From: Octopus vulgaris
Taxonomy: Eukaryota
Direction: 5' to 3'
Assembly: GCA_951406725.2 (NCBI GenBank)
Contig: OX597842.1
Coordinates: 33,294,001-33,358,000 of the forward strand
Length of the DNA stretch: 64,000 bases
The notes beneath the pieces are model-generated. The model had not been told where the DNA came from. It made no database searches and saw only the letters and a program-made list of their open reading frames with translations. The position numbers and the translations under genes are program-made. Every line of letters begins with the position of its first letter. Position 1 is the stretch's first letter. Shown piece by piece: positions 1-12,864 of the stretch.

Positions 1-574
1 TGGTGGTAGAGGTGATGGTTGGGATGGTGGCGGTGGTGGTGATGGTGGTGGTGGTGGCGGTGGTGGTAGTTTGGCTGAGGTTGTCGGGGGTAGAGTGGTG
101 TAGTTCTTGGGAGGGGGTGTCGCTGTTGTTATTGCTGCTGTGGTTGTAGTATTGGCGGTGATGGGTAGAGGGGTGGGAGTGAAGAACAATGATGTAGTAC
201 ATATGTATGTGTGCGTGTATATATATATATATATATATATGTGTGTATATATATATATATGTGTGTGTGTCTGTGTATGCATATATATACATATATATAT
301 GTATATATATGTATATACCTGTTTAAGTGTTCGAGTGTCTGTATCTATGTGTGTGCGTATATATTGGTATATTAGTGTATGGATATGTGAGTGCGGGTAT
401 ATGTGTGTGTGTATATATACATATATATAGATACATATTTATACACACACACACATATATATACAGTAAAAAAAGAATTTCATACAACAGATTTTCCCCA
501 GGTGGTGAGTTGTAATGTATATATATATATATATATATATATGAGTGTGTGTGTGTATGTGTATATACGTGTGT

Positions 575-619
<45 letters not shown>

Positions 620-762
620 TGTGTGTGTGTGTATGTGAATATGAGTGTGTATCGATATATATATGTATGTTTCTGCGTGTGTCAGTATGTATATATATAT
701 ATACACACATACACACATATATATATCTGTCTATATGCATTGAGAGAGAGAGTGTGATTTAA

Positions 763-1160
763 TATTCTTTTCTAATATAGGCACAAGGCCCGAAATTTTG
801 GGGGAGGTGCCCAATCAATTAGATCGATCCCAGTGCGTAACTGGTACTAATTTAATTGACCCCGAAAGGATGAAAGGCAAAGTCGACCTCGTCGGACTTT
901 GAACTCTGAACGTAAAGACGGACGAAATACCTATTTCTTTACTACCCACAAGGGGCTAAACATAGAGGGGACAAACAAGGACAGATAAACGGATTAAGTC
1001 GATTACATCTACGCCAGTGCGTAACTGGTACTTAATTTGTCGACCCCGAAAGGATGAAAGGCAAAGTCAACCTCGGCGGAATTTGAACTCAGAACGTAAC
1101 GGCAGACGAAATACCGATAAGCACTTCGTCCAGCATGCTAACGTTTCTGCCAGCTCGCCG
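763..1160 (-). mobile_element. tRNA-derived SINE family A, dimer (3-prime monomer has the alternative tail ..ggccttgtgcctatattagaaaag)
   Basis: Minus strand GGCGAGCTGGCAGAAACGTTAGCA head, B-box GAGTTCAAATTCC, core GTTGACTTTGCCTTTCATCCTTTCGGGGTCGA; second monomer joined at GAAATACCTATTTC (924-937). Confidence 0.85.
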
Positions 1161-1443
1161 TAGAGTACAATAAAAGAAAGTACTCTGTACAGAGTTGTAC
1201 TTTGTGTACGTCGGGTACATATTATTAGTATTTAAAGTAATCAAGGTTGCGCAGAAGAAATGTCTGTTTGGTAGTGGTTTTGTTAATTATATGGTTTGTC
1301 AGATGGTTCCCTTGACGGGTGGACAGAGAATGGTTGGAAGATGCAGAGAAAGCTCGCTGATAGATTTGAACATAGATCGATAAATAGATAGGTAAAGGTG
1401 GGGGATGGATGGGAGGATAAAAAGTCGAATAAGTAAGCAACTT

Positions 1444-1477
<34 letters not shown>

Positions 1478-1542
1478 CTGACAAATAGATAGATAGATGG
1501 AGAGATAGAGAGATAGATTAATAGATAGATACATAGGTAGGT

Positions 1543-1587
<45 letters not shown>

Positions 1588-3024
1588 TAGATAGATAGAT
1601 TGATAGAGAGACAGATAGATAGACAGTTAGATTAATAGATATAGATAGATAAACAGATAGACTGATCGATAGATCAATAAATAGATAGATAGACAGACAG
1701 ACAGATTGATAGATAAACATATACATGGATAGATAGACAAATAGATGAATGGATGGATTAATGGATAGACAGATAGACAAATGGATAGATAGATAGATAG
1801 ATAGATAGACAAACAGATAAAGAGATGGATAGATAAACAGATGGAGAGATAGACAGATAGGGGTATGGACAGATAGATCAGACGGATGGCTCGATAGATA
1901 GATAAATAGATAAAAGTTAGATAAGAACATGGATTGATCGATAACAACGTAAATTGGTAGAAACATAGCGAAATACATACATATATATATATGTGTGTAT
2001 GTATGTATATATATATATATAGAGAGAGAGAGAGTGAGAGAGGGGGGGTAAAGGTGTACATTGATCAATTGACAAATAGATAAAAGGATTAAATGGATAT
2101 CACAGAGACACATAGACAAGGAGACAGAGGGATGCGGATAAGTATTGATAGATGGAGGAATGGACGCATAGATAGATGGATAGACAGACACACACTGATA
2201 GATATATAGATAGATATAGAAAGATAGATAGATAAATAGATAGATAGATAGATAGATAGATAGAGGGATGGATGGATAGACAGGTAGATAGATAGATAGA
2301 TAGATAGACAGATAGATAGATAGACACACACTGAGAGATAGATAGATATAGATAGACAGATAGATAGATAGACACACACTGAGAGATAGATAGATATAGA
2401 TAGATAGAAAGATAGATAGATAAATAGATAGGTAGATAGATAGATATAGATAGATAGAAAGATAGATAGATAAATAGATAGGTAGATAGATAGATAGGCA
2501 GACAGACAGATATAGATAGATAGATAGACTAACAGACAGGTAGATAGAGAGATATTAATAGATAGACAGACAGACAGATATAAGCTGATAGAAAGAAACA
2601 GATAGATACAAAGATAGATGGATGGATGGATGGATAGACAGTGAGGTAAGAGATAGACTTAGACAGGGATGGGGGAGTGGCGAGGGGGGGTTTTTGGGAA
2701 GTCTAAAAGACTCTAGTGACAGAGGCAGCTGTAGAAACATACAGACAGGAAATTAGTGAACGGGGTGGGGGAGAAGGGGGAAAAGTGGATTGGGGGGTGG
2801 AGGAGCGAGGGGGTGGGGGTGGGGGTGGGGGCGTAGGGTGATGGTAGGGGGTATAGATTGCAGTGTTAGAAATGAGATGAACAACCATAATAATGATAAT
2901 AATAATAGAAATAATAATAATAATAATAATGATAATAATAATAATAGCGTTATTAGTAGCAGCAGCATCATCATCAACAGCAACATTTATTAGTGTCATC
3001 AAACACATGTATATATACGTATAT

Positions 3025-3095
<71 letters not shown>

Positions 3096-3216
3096 CACAC
3101 ATATATATACACACACACACATATATATACATATATACACACATATATATATATATATATACACATATATACACACACATATATGTATATATATACACAC
3201 ATATATATATATACAC

Positions 3217-3283
<67 letters not shown>

Positions 3284-3699
3284 CATATATACACATATAT
3301 ATATACACACATATGTATATACATATATACACATACATGTATAGACATATAGATATACACATGTATATACACATATACATACACACGTATACATATATAC
3401 ACATATATATATATATATACACGCAGACACCCAGTAAACGCAGCTCTTTGAAGATTTTTTTTTCTAAGAAAATTAAGAATGAGAGAGAGAGAAAGGATTG
3501 TGTTAGTCGTGGTGGTCGTGGTGAGAGATAAAGAAGAATACAAGCAGAGTTTGGGGGTGGGGTGGGGGTGGGGGCTTCTGGGAGAAGACAGACGGGGCTG
3601 GGGTGTGGGGGGTGTTCTCTTTCATCCATTCATTCCTTCTCTCTTTTCTTCCCTTCTTTCTTTATCTTCCAGGGATTAACAAACAGATGTGAAGGGGAG

Positions 3700-3735
<36 letters not shown>

Positions 3736-3861
3736 GCAGCAGCAACAACGAAGGCCAAGGCCGGAGTTTGTCTACGCAGTCTAGGGACATGCTAGACATA
3801 GCAGCCAGTGTCTCAAATCACAGTCTTTTTATGTCGTATGTGTCGCAAGAGTAAAAAAAAC

Positions 3862-4503
3862 TATGTCTGAATAGAAAATGGGATGGTCATGGCCGGAACG
3901 TCGTACACCATAGGTCTGCCTGGATCAGGACTGACCAGGGGCTAAACAACAACTATAGCCACTAATAGTAACTATACATTAGATAATGTAGTCCTAGATA
4001 CACTATGCCTGAATAAAAGATGGGATGGTCACAGATGGAACATCTTTAATCATAGGTCTGTCTAAATCAGGACTGACCTGGGGCTAAACAACAACAACTA
4101 TAACCACTAATACTAAGTACTATACTATACATTAGATAATGTAGTCCTAGATACACAATGCCTGAATAAAAGCTGGGATGGTCACAGCTGGAACATCTTT
4201 GATCATAGGTCTTCCTGGATCAGGCCTGACCTGGGGTTAAACAGCAACTATAGCCACTAATACTAACTACTATACTAAACATTAGATAATGTAGTCCTAG
4301 ATACACTATGCCTGAATAAAAGATGGGATGGTCACAGCTGGAACATCTTTAATCATAGGTCAGTCTGGATCAGGACTGACCTAGGGCTAAACAACAACTA
4401 TAGCCACTAATACTAACTACTATACTATACATGCGATAATGTATGATGGGATGGTCACGGCTGGTGCATCTTTGATTATAATTCTGTCTGGATCAGGATT
4501 GGC
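3862..4503. repeat. Tandem array of ~150-bp unit (~4.5 copies) from a dispersed repeat family C
   Basis: AGATAATGTAGTCCTAGATAC recurs at 3981, 4134 and 4284, with a degenerate copy at ~4434; inverted relatives at ~10355-10490 and 40125-40340. Confidence 0.9.
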
Positions 4504-4746
4504 CAAGATCGTGATGATGGTGGTGGGGATATTTGTGGCTATTGATGGCTATTGTGGCGGTGGGGGGGTTTGGCTATCTGGTGGTGGTCGTGGTGGGGCA
4601 GAATGGCGGCCATCGTAAAAACATTCCAAAGCGAAGATTGCTTCTTTGTTCGCCTCTCAGGAATCTGACCATTTCTATGGAATCTCAGAGATGGGAGAAA
4701 TGCGCACGCACTCATATGATACACACACACATACACACACACAAAT

Positions 4747-4780
<34 letters not shown>

Positions 4781-4804
4781 TTGGATATATACACATATAT
4801 ATGC

Positions 4805-5004
4805 TTTTATTCTTTTATCTGTTTCAGTCATTTGACTGCGGCTATTCTGGAGCACTGCTTTCAGTCGAACAAATCGAGCCCAGGACTTATTCGTTGTAAG
4901 CCTAGTACTTATTCTATCGGTCTCTTTTGCCGAACTGCTAAGTTACGGTGATCTAAAAACACGCCAGCATCGATTGTCAATCAATTGTGGTGGGGACAAA
5001 CAGA

Positions 5005-5037
<33 letters not shown>

Positions 5038-5163
5038 TTTACGACAACTTCTTTCAGTTTCCGTCTACCAAATCATAAAGTTTTGGTTATAACGAGGCTA
5101 TAGTAGAAGACACTTGCCCAAGGTGCCACGCAGTAGGATTGAACCCGGAACCATGTGGTTGTG
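4805..5163 (-). mobile_element. tRNA-derived SINE family B (internal CA/TA microsatellite; CORE-like CCTTGGGCAAGT)
   Basis: Minus strand AACCACATGGTTCCGGGTTCAATCC (B-box) ..CACCTTGGGCAAGTGTCTTCTACTATAGCC.. tail CAGTCAAATGACTGAAACAG; at least 7 copies in the window. Confidence 0.85.
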
Positions 5164-5167
5164 AAAC

Positions 5168-6414
5168 GCAACTGGTACTTAATGTATCGACCTCGAAAGG
5201 ATGAAAGGCAAAGTCGACCTCAGCGGAATTTGAACTCAGAACGTAACGGCAGACTAAATACCTATTTCTTTACTACCCACAAGGGGCTAAACACAGAAGG
5301 GACAAACAAGGACAGACAAACGGATTAAGTCGATTATATCGACGGCAGTACGTAACTGGTACTTGTTTTATCGGTTCCGAAAGTATGAAAGGCAAAGTCG
5401 ACCTCGGCGGAATTTGAACTCAGAACGTAACGGCAGACTAAATACCTATTTCTTTACTACCCACAAGGGGCTAAACACAGAAGGGACAAACAAGGACAGA
5501 CAAACGGATTAAGTCGATTATATCGACGGCAGTACGTAACTGGTACTTGTTTTATCGGTTCCGAGAGTATGAAAGGCAAAGTCGACCTCGGCGGAATTTG
5601 AACTCAGAACGTAACGGCAGACTAAATACCTATTTCTTTACTACCCACAAGGGGCTAAACACAGAAGGGACAAACAAGGACAGACAAACGGATTAAGTCG
5701 ATTATATCGACGGCAGTACGTAACTGGTACTTGTTTTATCGGTTCCGAAAGTATGAAAGGCAAAGTCGACCTCGGCGGAATTTGAACTCAGAACGTAACG
5801 GCAGACTAAATACCTATTTCTTTACTACCCACAAGGGCTAAACACAGAAGGGACAAACAAGGACAGACAAACGGATTAAGTCGATTATATCGACGGCAGT
5901 ACGTAACTGGTACTTGTTTTATCGGTTCCGAAAGTATGAAAGGCAAAGTCGACCTCGGCGGAATTTGAACTCAGAACGTAACGGCAGACTAAATACCTAT
6001 TTCTTTACTACCCACAAGGGGCTAAACACAGAAGGGACAAACAAGGACAGACAAACGGATTAAGTCGATTATATCGACGCCAGTACGTAACTGGTACACT
6101 TGTTTTATCGGTTCCGAAAGTATGAAAGGCAAAGTCGACCTCGGCGGAATTTGAACTCAGAACGTCACGGCAGACGAAATACCTATTTCTTTACTACCCA
6201 CAAGGGGCTAAACACAGAGGGGACAAACAAGGACAGACAAAGGGATGAAGTCGATTATATCGACTCCAGTGCGTAACTGATACTTAATTTATCAACCACG
6301 AAAGGATGAAAGGCAAAGTCGACCTCGGCGGAATTTGAACTCAGAACGTAACGACAGACGAGATAGCGCTAAGCATTTCGCCCGGCGTGCTAACGATTCT
6401 GCCAGCTCACCGCC
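5168..6414 (-). mobile_element. SINE family A head-to-tail multimer: 7 core copies, period 183-186 bp, one complete head at 6360-6414
   Basis: Junction (T/G)AAATACCTATTTC at 5255, 5439, 5623, 5807, 5990 and 6176; only the 5-prime-most unit on the minus strand keeps the A-box half of the head. Confidence 0.92.
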
Positions 6415-7164
6415 TTTGTGTATCTATTGTATGAATAGCGCTGCCTGAATTTGCTTTATCGTTTAACCATACTTTTTTTCTCGGGTGAATTCCCCTTCGT
6501 ACAGGACTTCCAGCCATGATCACCACCTCAGGATATGTACGAAGAAAATTTCGCAATTATAGTAATACAATTACTACTAATACTACTGCTACTACCTGTA
6601 TTGGTGGTGGCAGTAAAAATTGTAATGGCGATGTGTACTTAAGTGGGGGGGGGGGGGGGGTTAGGTGGGGGGACAATCAGTGTTTCTTGTGAAGAACTCG
6701 AAGAAAAATGGTAATGAACGAAGCAGGTGATGTCAAGCAGCTGGAACTTTTATTCCGTAGAACGTGTGTGTGTGGGGGGTACATGTGTGTGTGTATATAT
6801 ATATATATGTGTGTGTGTGTATATATATATATATGTGTGTGTGTGTATGGTGTGCATGTGTGTGTATATATATATATGTGTGTGTGTGTATATATATATA
6901 TATGTGTGTGTGTGTATGGTGTGCATGTGTGTGTATATATATATATGTGTGTGTGTGAGTGTATGGTGTGCATGTGTGTATGTATGTATTTATATATATA
7001 TGTGTGTGTGTGGGGGGGGAGGGCGTACATGTGTGTATATATATATGTGTGTGTATGTGTGCTGTGTGCATGTGTGTATATATATATATATATATATGTT
7101 TGTGTGTGTGTGTGTTGTGTGCATGTATATATATATATATACATATGTGTGTATTGTGTGTGTG

Positions 7165-7207
<43 letters not shown>

Positions 7208-7431
7208 TTGTGTATGTATATATTTGTGTGTATGTATAAATGTATGTGTTCGAATGTGTCTGTGTCTGTGTGTGTATGTGTGTGTGTATATATAATGTGC
7301 GTGCTTGTGTATGTGTGTATATACGTGTATGTTTCTGCGTTGGGATGTGTGTGTGTATATATATATTTATATACATATATCTGTACCTATATATGCATAT
7401 ATAAATAAACATACATATATAAGCACACATG

Positions 7432-7532
<101 letters not shown>

Positions 7533-7844
7533 TCATACATGCGTATGTGGATACATAGACACACATGAAGATGAAACAAGAAATAAATGACGGATGAACA
7601 AGGAGAATACGATAAAGAAAAAGCAGAAAAGAATAAGGAAACTCGATAAAGAACTTAAGAAGAAGAACAACAACAAGAAAGAAGACGAAGAGCCAGAAGA
7701 CTGATCTGGGCAGAATGGTTGTGTGTCATGGAAACGTTAAGAAGTGCAACGTGAGAAGGAGAATGAAAAAGGCAGGAGATAGATAGACAGACATATGAAT
7801 GGATGGATGGATGGATGGATGGATGGATAGATAGAAAGATAGAC

Positions 7845-7886
<42 letters not shown>

Positions 7887-7953
7887 GTATACAGACAGAC
7901 AGATAGATAGGTAGATAGGTAGGTAGGTAGATAGACAGACATATGGATGGATG

Positions 7954-8023
<70 letters not shown>

Positions 8024-8060
8024 CAGATAGATAAATAGATAGATAGGTATACAGACAGAC

Positions 8061-8105
<45 letters not shown>

Positions 8106-8174
8106 GGTAGATATATAGATAGATAGGTAGGTAGATAGGTAGGTAGATAGACAGACAGACATATGGATGGATGA

Positions 8175-8223
<49 letters not shown>

Positions 8224-8268
8224 CAGATAGATAGATGGTTAGATAAATGGATGGATGGATAAATAGAC

Positions 8269-8415
<147 letters not shown>

Positions 8416-8502
8416 CATGGATGGATGGATAGATAGATATATAGACAGACAGACATGGATAGACAAACATAAATAGTTAGATATATAGGTAGATAGATAG
8501 AT

Positions 8503-8617
8503 ATGTTTTTTATTGGCCATACAGGGCTGAACACAGAGGGGACAAAATACAATGCAAAGCTTTTCTTTGGGGGAAAGAAAGAAAATAGGGGGGTTGACTT
8601 TCGATCAAAAATGGATC
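8503..8617 (-). mobile_element. Retroposon 3-prime stub sharing its tail with SINE A (candidate partner-LINE 3-prime UTR)
   Basis: TTTATTGGCCATACAGGGCTGAACACAGAGGGGACAAA matches the SINE A tail and then diverges; a second copy is at 50137-50234. Confidence 0.6.
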
Positions 8618-9577
8618 AAGGAAAGAAAAAATGCAAACATATTGATAGATAGATAGACATGTGAATAGATGGATGGACGGATCAATCGATTGATAGATGG
8701 ATGGACAGTTAGGGATGTATGGATAGATAGAGGCAGATAGATAGATATGGAAAGGTGAGGCTGGGAGATAGAGATGCGCACACGCACATACCTATGAAGG
8801 ATCAAGATGTTACAACGACTTATCAGAAAGTTATGTAATTAACTCGCTTAATCTACGCTGTAATTATTTCACTATCATGAGTTTCAGGCTAGAGTGATCA
8901 TGAGACAACTCGGGGAGAGAACAGCAATTACAAGTATTTCATTACATAGATAGAGAAAAGAGAATATATTTCATAGAACTTTCTAATCAGAAAACACAAA
9001 TGGATCAGAAAGCACAAATATCAAACAAGAAATGTAGTGTAACTTAGGAAAACACACAGATATATATGCATTTTATATATATATATATATAACAAAACAA
9101 CGGAGATCGTTTATAGAATATTTAGCTACATCTCTTTACGTACATTTCGTTAACAAAATTTGTTAGTTATATAATGTAAATCATGTAATCAAATAAAATG
9201 TTGTCAATTCTTCAGAGATGTGTAACATTCATTGTTAATATTAGCGGATTAGTGAAAGCATTATCATAATCGGAAAAGGGATATTTATATAGCTGTAAAT
9301 AATGGTGACTTGTGCAATTTAAAATTTAAACCAGATACATATATAGTGCAAATATCTTTGGATTTATACGTATTTTGGCGAAGATGACTATTATCTGCAA
9401 TTAACTTCTACGAATGATTTGAAATGCATCGTTATATACATAAGCATGCAAGACTATAATATAAATGGCACGAGCAAAAAATATCAGGCCGAGTATCTCT
9501 GAACATTTTTGTACACTTTTATTTACCTATTTGCAGATGAGCATTGCAATGCACGAAACCAACTTGTTTATATAAGG

Positions 9578-9939
9578 CTTAAGAAGTTCGCTTCCAACCA
9601 CATGGTTCCTGGTTCAATCCGACTACGCTACAACATTCTACTGTAGTCTCGAGGCCGACTGAACCTTTCTGAGTGGGTGTAATAGATGGAAACTAAAAGA
9701 AGCCGTCGTGTGTGTTTATATATATATATATATGTGTGTGTTTATGTGTGTGTGTGTGTGTGTGTGTGTATTGTGTGTGTGTGTTTTGTGCCTGTGTCTG
9801 TCCTCAAACATCACTTAAAACTGGTGTTGTTGTGCTTAGGTGATTGTAACTTAGCAGCTCGGCAAATACATTCGACTAAAAATTCTTCAAGGTGATGCTC
9901 CAGCATGGCCGCAGTCTGAGGACTGAAACAAGTAAAAGA
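9578..9939 (+). mobile_element. SINE family B, diverged
   Basis: CCAACCACATGGTTCCTGGTTCAATCC head ... GCTCCAGCATGGCCGCAGTCTGAGGACTGAAACAAGTAAAAGA tail. Confidence 0.85.
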
Positions 9940-10187
9940 CGAAGGGCTAAAAGATATGCGAATGTGTGTGCATATGTATGTGTGTGTTTGTGTGTGCTTG
10001 TGTCTGGTTCATCATGTGCGTTGCAAATGTATGCAGTTGTAACTGCGCATGCGTGTGGAGTGCATACAAATAGTGGTAACGGAGGTGAAGATGGGGAAAG
10101 AAATTCATTTTCAGACGAGTTGGTCATGGGTGGAGTGACGGGAGAAGAAACAGCAGCAGTATAAGTAACAATATTAGTAGCGATCAA

Positions 10188-10251
<64 letters not shown>

Positions 10252-10354
10252 TACAGAAAAGCTAATAAACAATATTTATGTTGAAGCTGTCAATAGTGAT
10301 GGGCCTTTTTGGATTGTTAAAGGTGGGACTAGTCGATGCGGTTGCAATGGTCTT

Positions 10355-10675
10355 GCTGTTTAACCCCAGGTCAGTTCAGATCGAGTAGATGTATTATCGA
10401 AAGCGTTCCAGTCGTGCCGAACCCATCCCAAGTTTTCTATTTACTTTCTCTAGGCGTAGTGTATCGTGGATTCTAATATTTTAATGTGACTTCCCCTATT
10501 TTTTTCCCGTTTTTTTTTAAAAAGGCGTTTGGATTTGCGATTTAAGGCGAGGGAAAGGGTGTGAGAGAAGGGGAGAGAGAGGGGTGGGTCTCAGAGAGGG
10601 GAAGGGCTGGAAGAAGGGAGGGTCTGGGGGAGGAAGTTTTGGCTGCTATGTCTAACACGTCAAACGACCACGAAA
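10355..10675 (+). mobile_element. Degenerate dispersed repeat family C
   Basis: CTGTTTAACCCCAGGTCAG..TTCCAGTCGTG..CCATCCC and TTTGGCTGCTATGTCTA match the units of the arrays at 3862-4503 and 40737-41198 respectively. Confidence 0.6.
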
Positions 10676-11380
10676 AATAACCCTTGTTAGTCTAGCAAGC
10701 GATGTAGTGGATAAGTCAACCGAGGATTGTAGGGATGTGGAATTATGGGACGAAAGATGTGATATATATTTCTGTACGCATATTAAGCTTATTATCATTA
10801 TGGTTATTATTATTATTATTATTATTATCATTATCAGTATTATAATTATTATTATTAATATTAATATTATTATCATTGTCATCATTATATCTATGTGTGT
10901 ATAGACGTATATATATATATATGTATGTCTTTTATATATTCATGTATATATACATAGATATATATATACACATACGTGCACGTAAGCATATACACATATA
11001 GACATACCTACATATATATCCATACATATATATTCATGTATGTATATACATACATATATATAATAGTAAACTATATACATTATATATATAGTAAACATAT
11101 ATATATACATACATATATATAATATATATACTTATATGTATATATGTGTATAAATATACATATACAGTGTTTATACACACACATATACAAGTGTTTATAT
11201 ATATACAAGTGTTTATATAAATAAATATATATATATACACATATATACACATATATATATATACACACACATATACAAGTGTTTATATATAAATAAATAT
11301 ATATATATACACATGTACACACATATATAATCACAGTGTTAGGGTGTGTAGACGTGTAGACGTTTGAAATCCATTCCTAC

Positions 11381-11533
11381 CTTTCTCCAAAGCTTCTATT
11401 TGCGCAGCCGTAAATGAGGTACGGTTCCTTTGTAACTTCCGTTTCAACCGGATGCGCATTTGTTCATCGCTTTCTCCACTCTGACTCCCATCCCCCTGAC
11501 CATTCTCGGAACTGGCGCTCATATGCTCGTTCT
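11381..11533 (-). CDS. Pax6: Pax6 internal coding exon (end of linker + N-terminal arm/helix 1 of the paired-type homeodomain), 153 nt, phase 1-1
   Basis: Translates (x)NEHMSASSENGQGDGSQSGESDEQMRIRLKRKLQRNRTSFTAAQIEALEK(x); LKRKLQRNRTSFT is diagnostic of Pax6/eyeless. Acceptor ttctgtgatttcag|AGAAC at 11534/11533 and donor GAGAAAG|gtagga at 11381/11380. The donor falls in the LEK-E codon, the conserved Pax6 homeobox intron position. Confidence 0.96.
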
Positions 11534-11574
11534 CTGAAATCACAGAATATTCGTAGGTTTGTAAAATGTTAGTC
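11534..11574 (-). other. 3-prime splice site and candidate branch point of the Pax6 homeobox exon
   Basis: Minus strand reads gACTAAC (11574-11568), about 35 nt upstream of a short, interrupted pyrimidine tract and CAG. Confidence 0.7.
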
Positions 11575-11697
11575 GATTTGGTTGTGGTGTGAGTTTATTT
11601 TATTCGTTGGTTAAAACTTAGTAATTACCTATTTTTTTTCTTTTTACATTTTTTTCTATTATTGTGCTTGAAATTTTGTGCCTTAATTTATTATTAC

Positions 11698-11749
<52 letters not shown>

Positions 11750-12334
11750 GTTGTTGTTGTTTTTCTATGTGTTATCCTATCACAGGAGCGTATCCGGACT
11801 TTAATCTAACGTTAGGAACCCGGTTTTTCTTTAGGTTTAATTTTTCACTCTTTTATACTCTACTTTTTACGAAACTGTGTTTTCCCTAATTTACTTTATT
11901 ACTGTGACCCTTGTGAATTGCAGGGGGAAAATATTACCCCTATCTTTATAATTATCACTCGTTTTTTTGTTTCGTTTACTGTTTTGCTTTTAATTCCTGT
12001 TGTTCTATTACTGGTCTATATCACTACACCATTCTAACGGTGGGGCCCCTTTTTTCTCTATACAGTGCAGTTTTAATTTTACGACCCCCCTTGCTTTTTT
12101 TAAACAAAGATTTCCCTAAATTTTTTGTGTGTGTGTATACGTGGTTTTTGGGAACAGCAGAAAAATTATTATTATTATTATTATCATTGTCGTTGTTCTT
12201 GTTGAGACATTATAGGAACATGTCCGTACTCTAATCTAAAGATAGGAAATAGTTTTGTGTTTAGTTTTGTTTTAAAATTGTTTTCTCTAAATTCTATTTT
12301 GTGTGAGCCTTTGCGAACGATAGACAAGACTTTA

Positions 12335-12563
12335 TTATTCTCTTAATTCAGGTTTTGCAGGAACTCTAGGAATCTTGACTTAGTTGCGGGCATGCTACCT
12401 GCAGCCTAGGTACCATGCTAGATGTTCGCTTGGCGGGGCCAAGGACACAAACCTTTCGTAACATTTCTACTGGGCACTCTATTCCAATTTCCTTTATATT
12501 CCTCATGATGCCTTCAAATACTGTCCCCAAGGACCTAGCAATAATTGCCACTATCTCCACCTT
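12335..12563 (-). mobile_element. 5-prime-truncated RLE non-LTR retrotransposon stub (R4/Dong-like C-terminus + 3-prime UTR)
   Basis: Reads KVEIVAIIARSLGTVFEGIMRNIKEIGIECPVEMLRKVCVLG, matching the V.PI..G.LG....LQK..LLGTA C-terminal motif; begins in a (TAA)n tract and ends in taataa. Confidence 0.7.
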
Positions 12564-12575
12564 TATTATTGTTAC

Positions 12576-12609
<34 letters not shown>

Positions 12610-12828
12610 GAGGCGTTGAGCCTGCAAAATCGTTAGCACGCCGGGCAAATTGCTTAGCGGCATCTCGCCTGTCATTACATTCTGAGTTCAAATTCTGCCG
12701 AGATTGACTTTGCTTTCATCGTTTCAGGGTCGATGAAAAAAAAAGTACCAACTGACCACTGAGATCAATGTGAGTGACTTAACCCCCTCCCCCGAAAATG
12801 CTAGCCTTATGTCAAAATTTTAAAACCA
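12610..12828 (+). mobile_element. SINE family A monomer, diverged, alternative tail
   Basis: GCAAAATCGTTAGCACGCCGGGCAAATTGCTTAGCGG..CTGAGTTCAAATTCTGCCGAG..GACTTTGCTTTCATCGTTTCAGGGTCGA. Confidence 0.85.
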
Positions 12829-12864
12829 CTATGATTATTATTATTATTATCATTATTATTATTA

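Noticed and set aside
2760-2852. G-quadruplex-capable G runs (also 3552-3612, 6644-6672 and C runs at 46240-46750)
   Set aside because: Real G4 potential, but common low-complexity sequence here with nothing indicating function.
5168-6414. CRISPR-like array or hammerhead retrozyme
   Set aside because: Units are full repeats with no unique spacers, there are no cas genes, and no CUGANGA/GAAA core was found on either strand of the unit.
11331-11543. 70-aa ORF as a stand-alone gene or with its listed ends
   Set aside because: The start is an intronic GTG and the tail GRNGFQTSTRLHTLTL is read-through past the donor; the true exon is 11381-11533.
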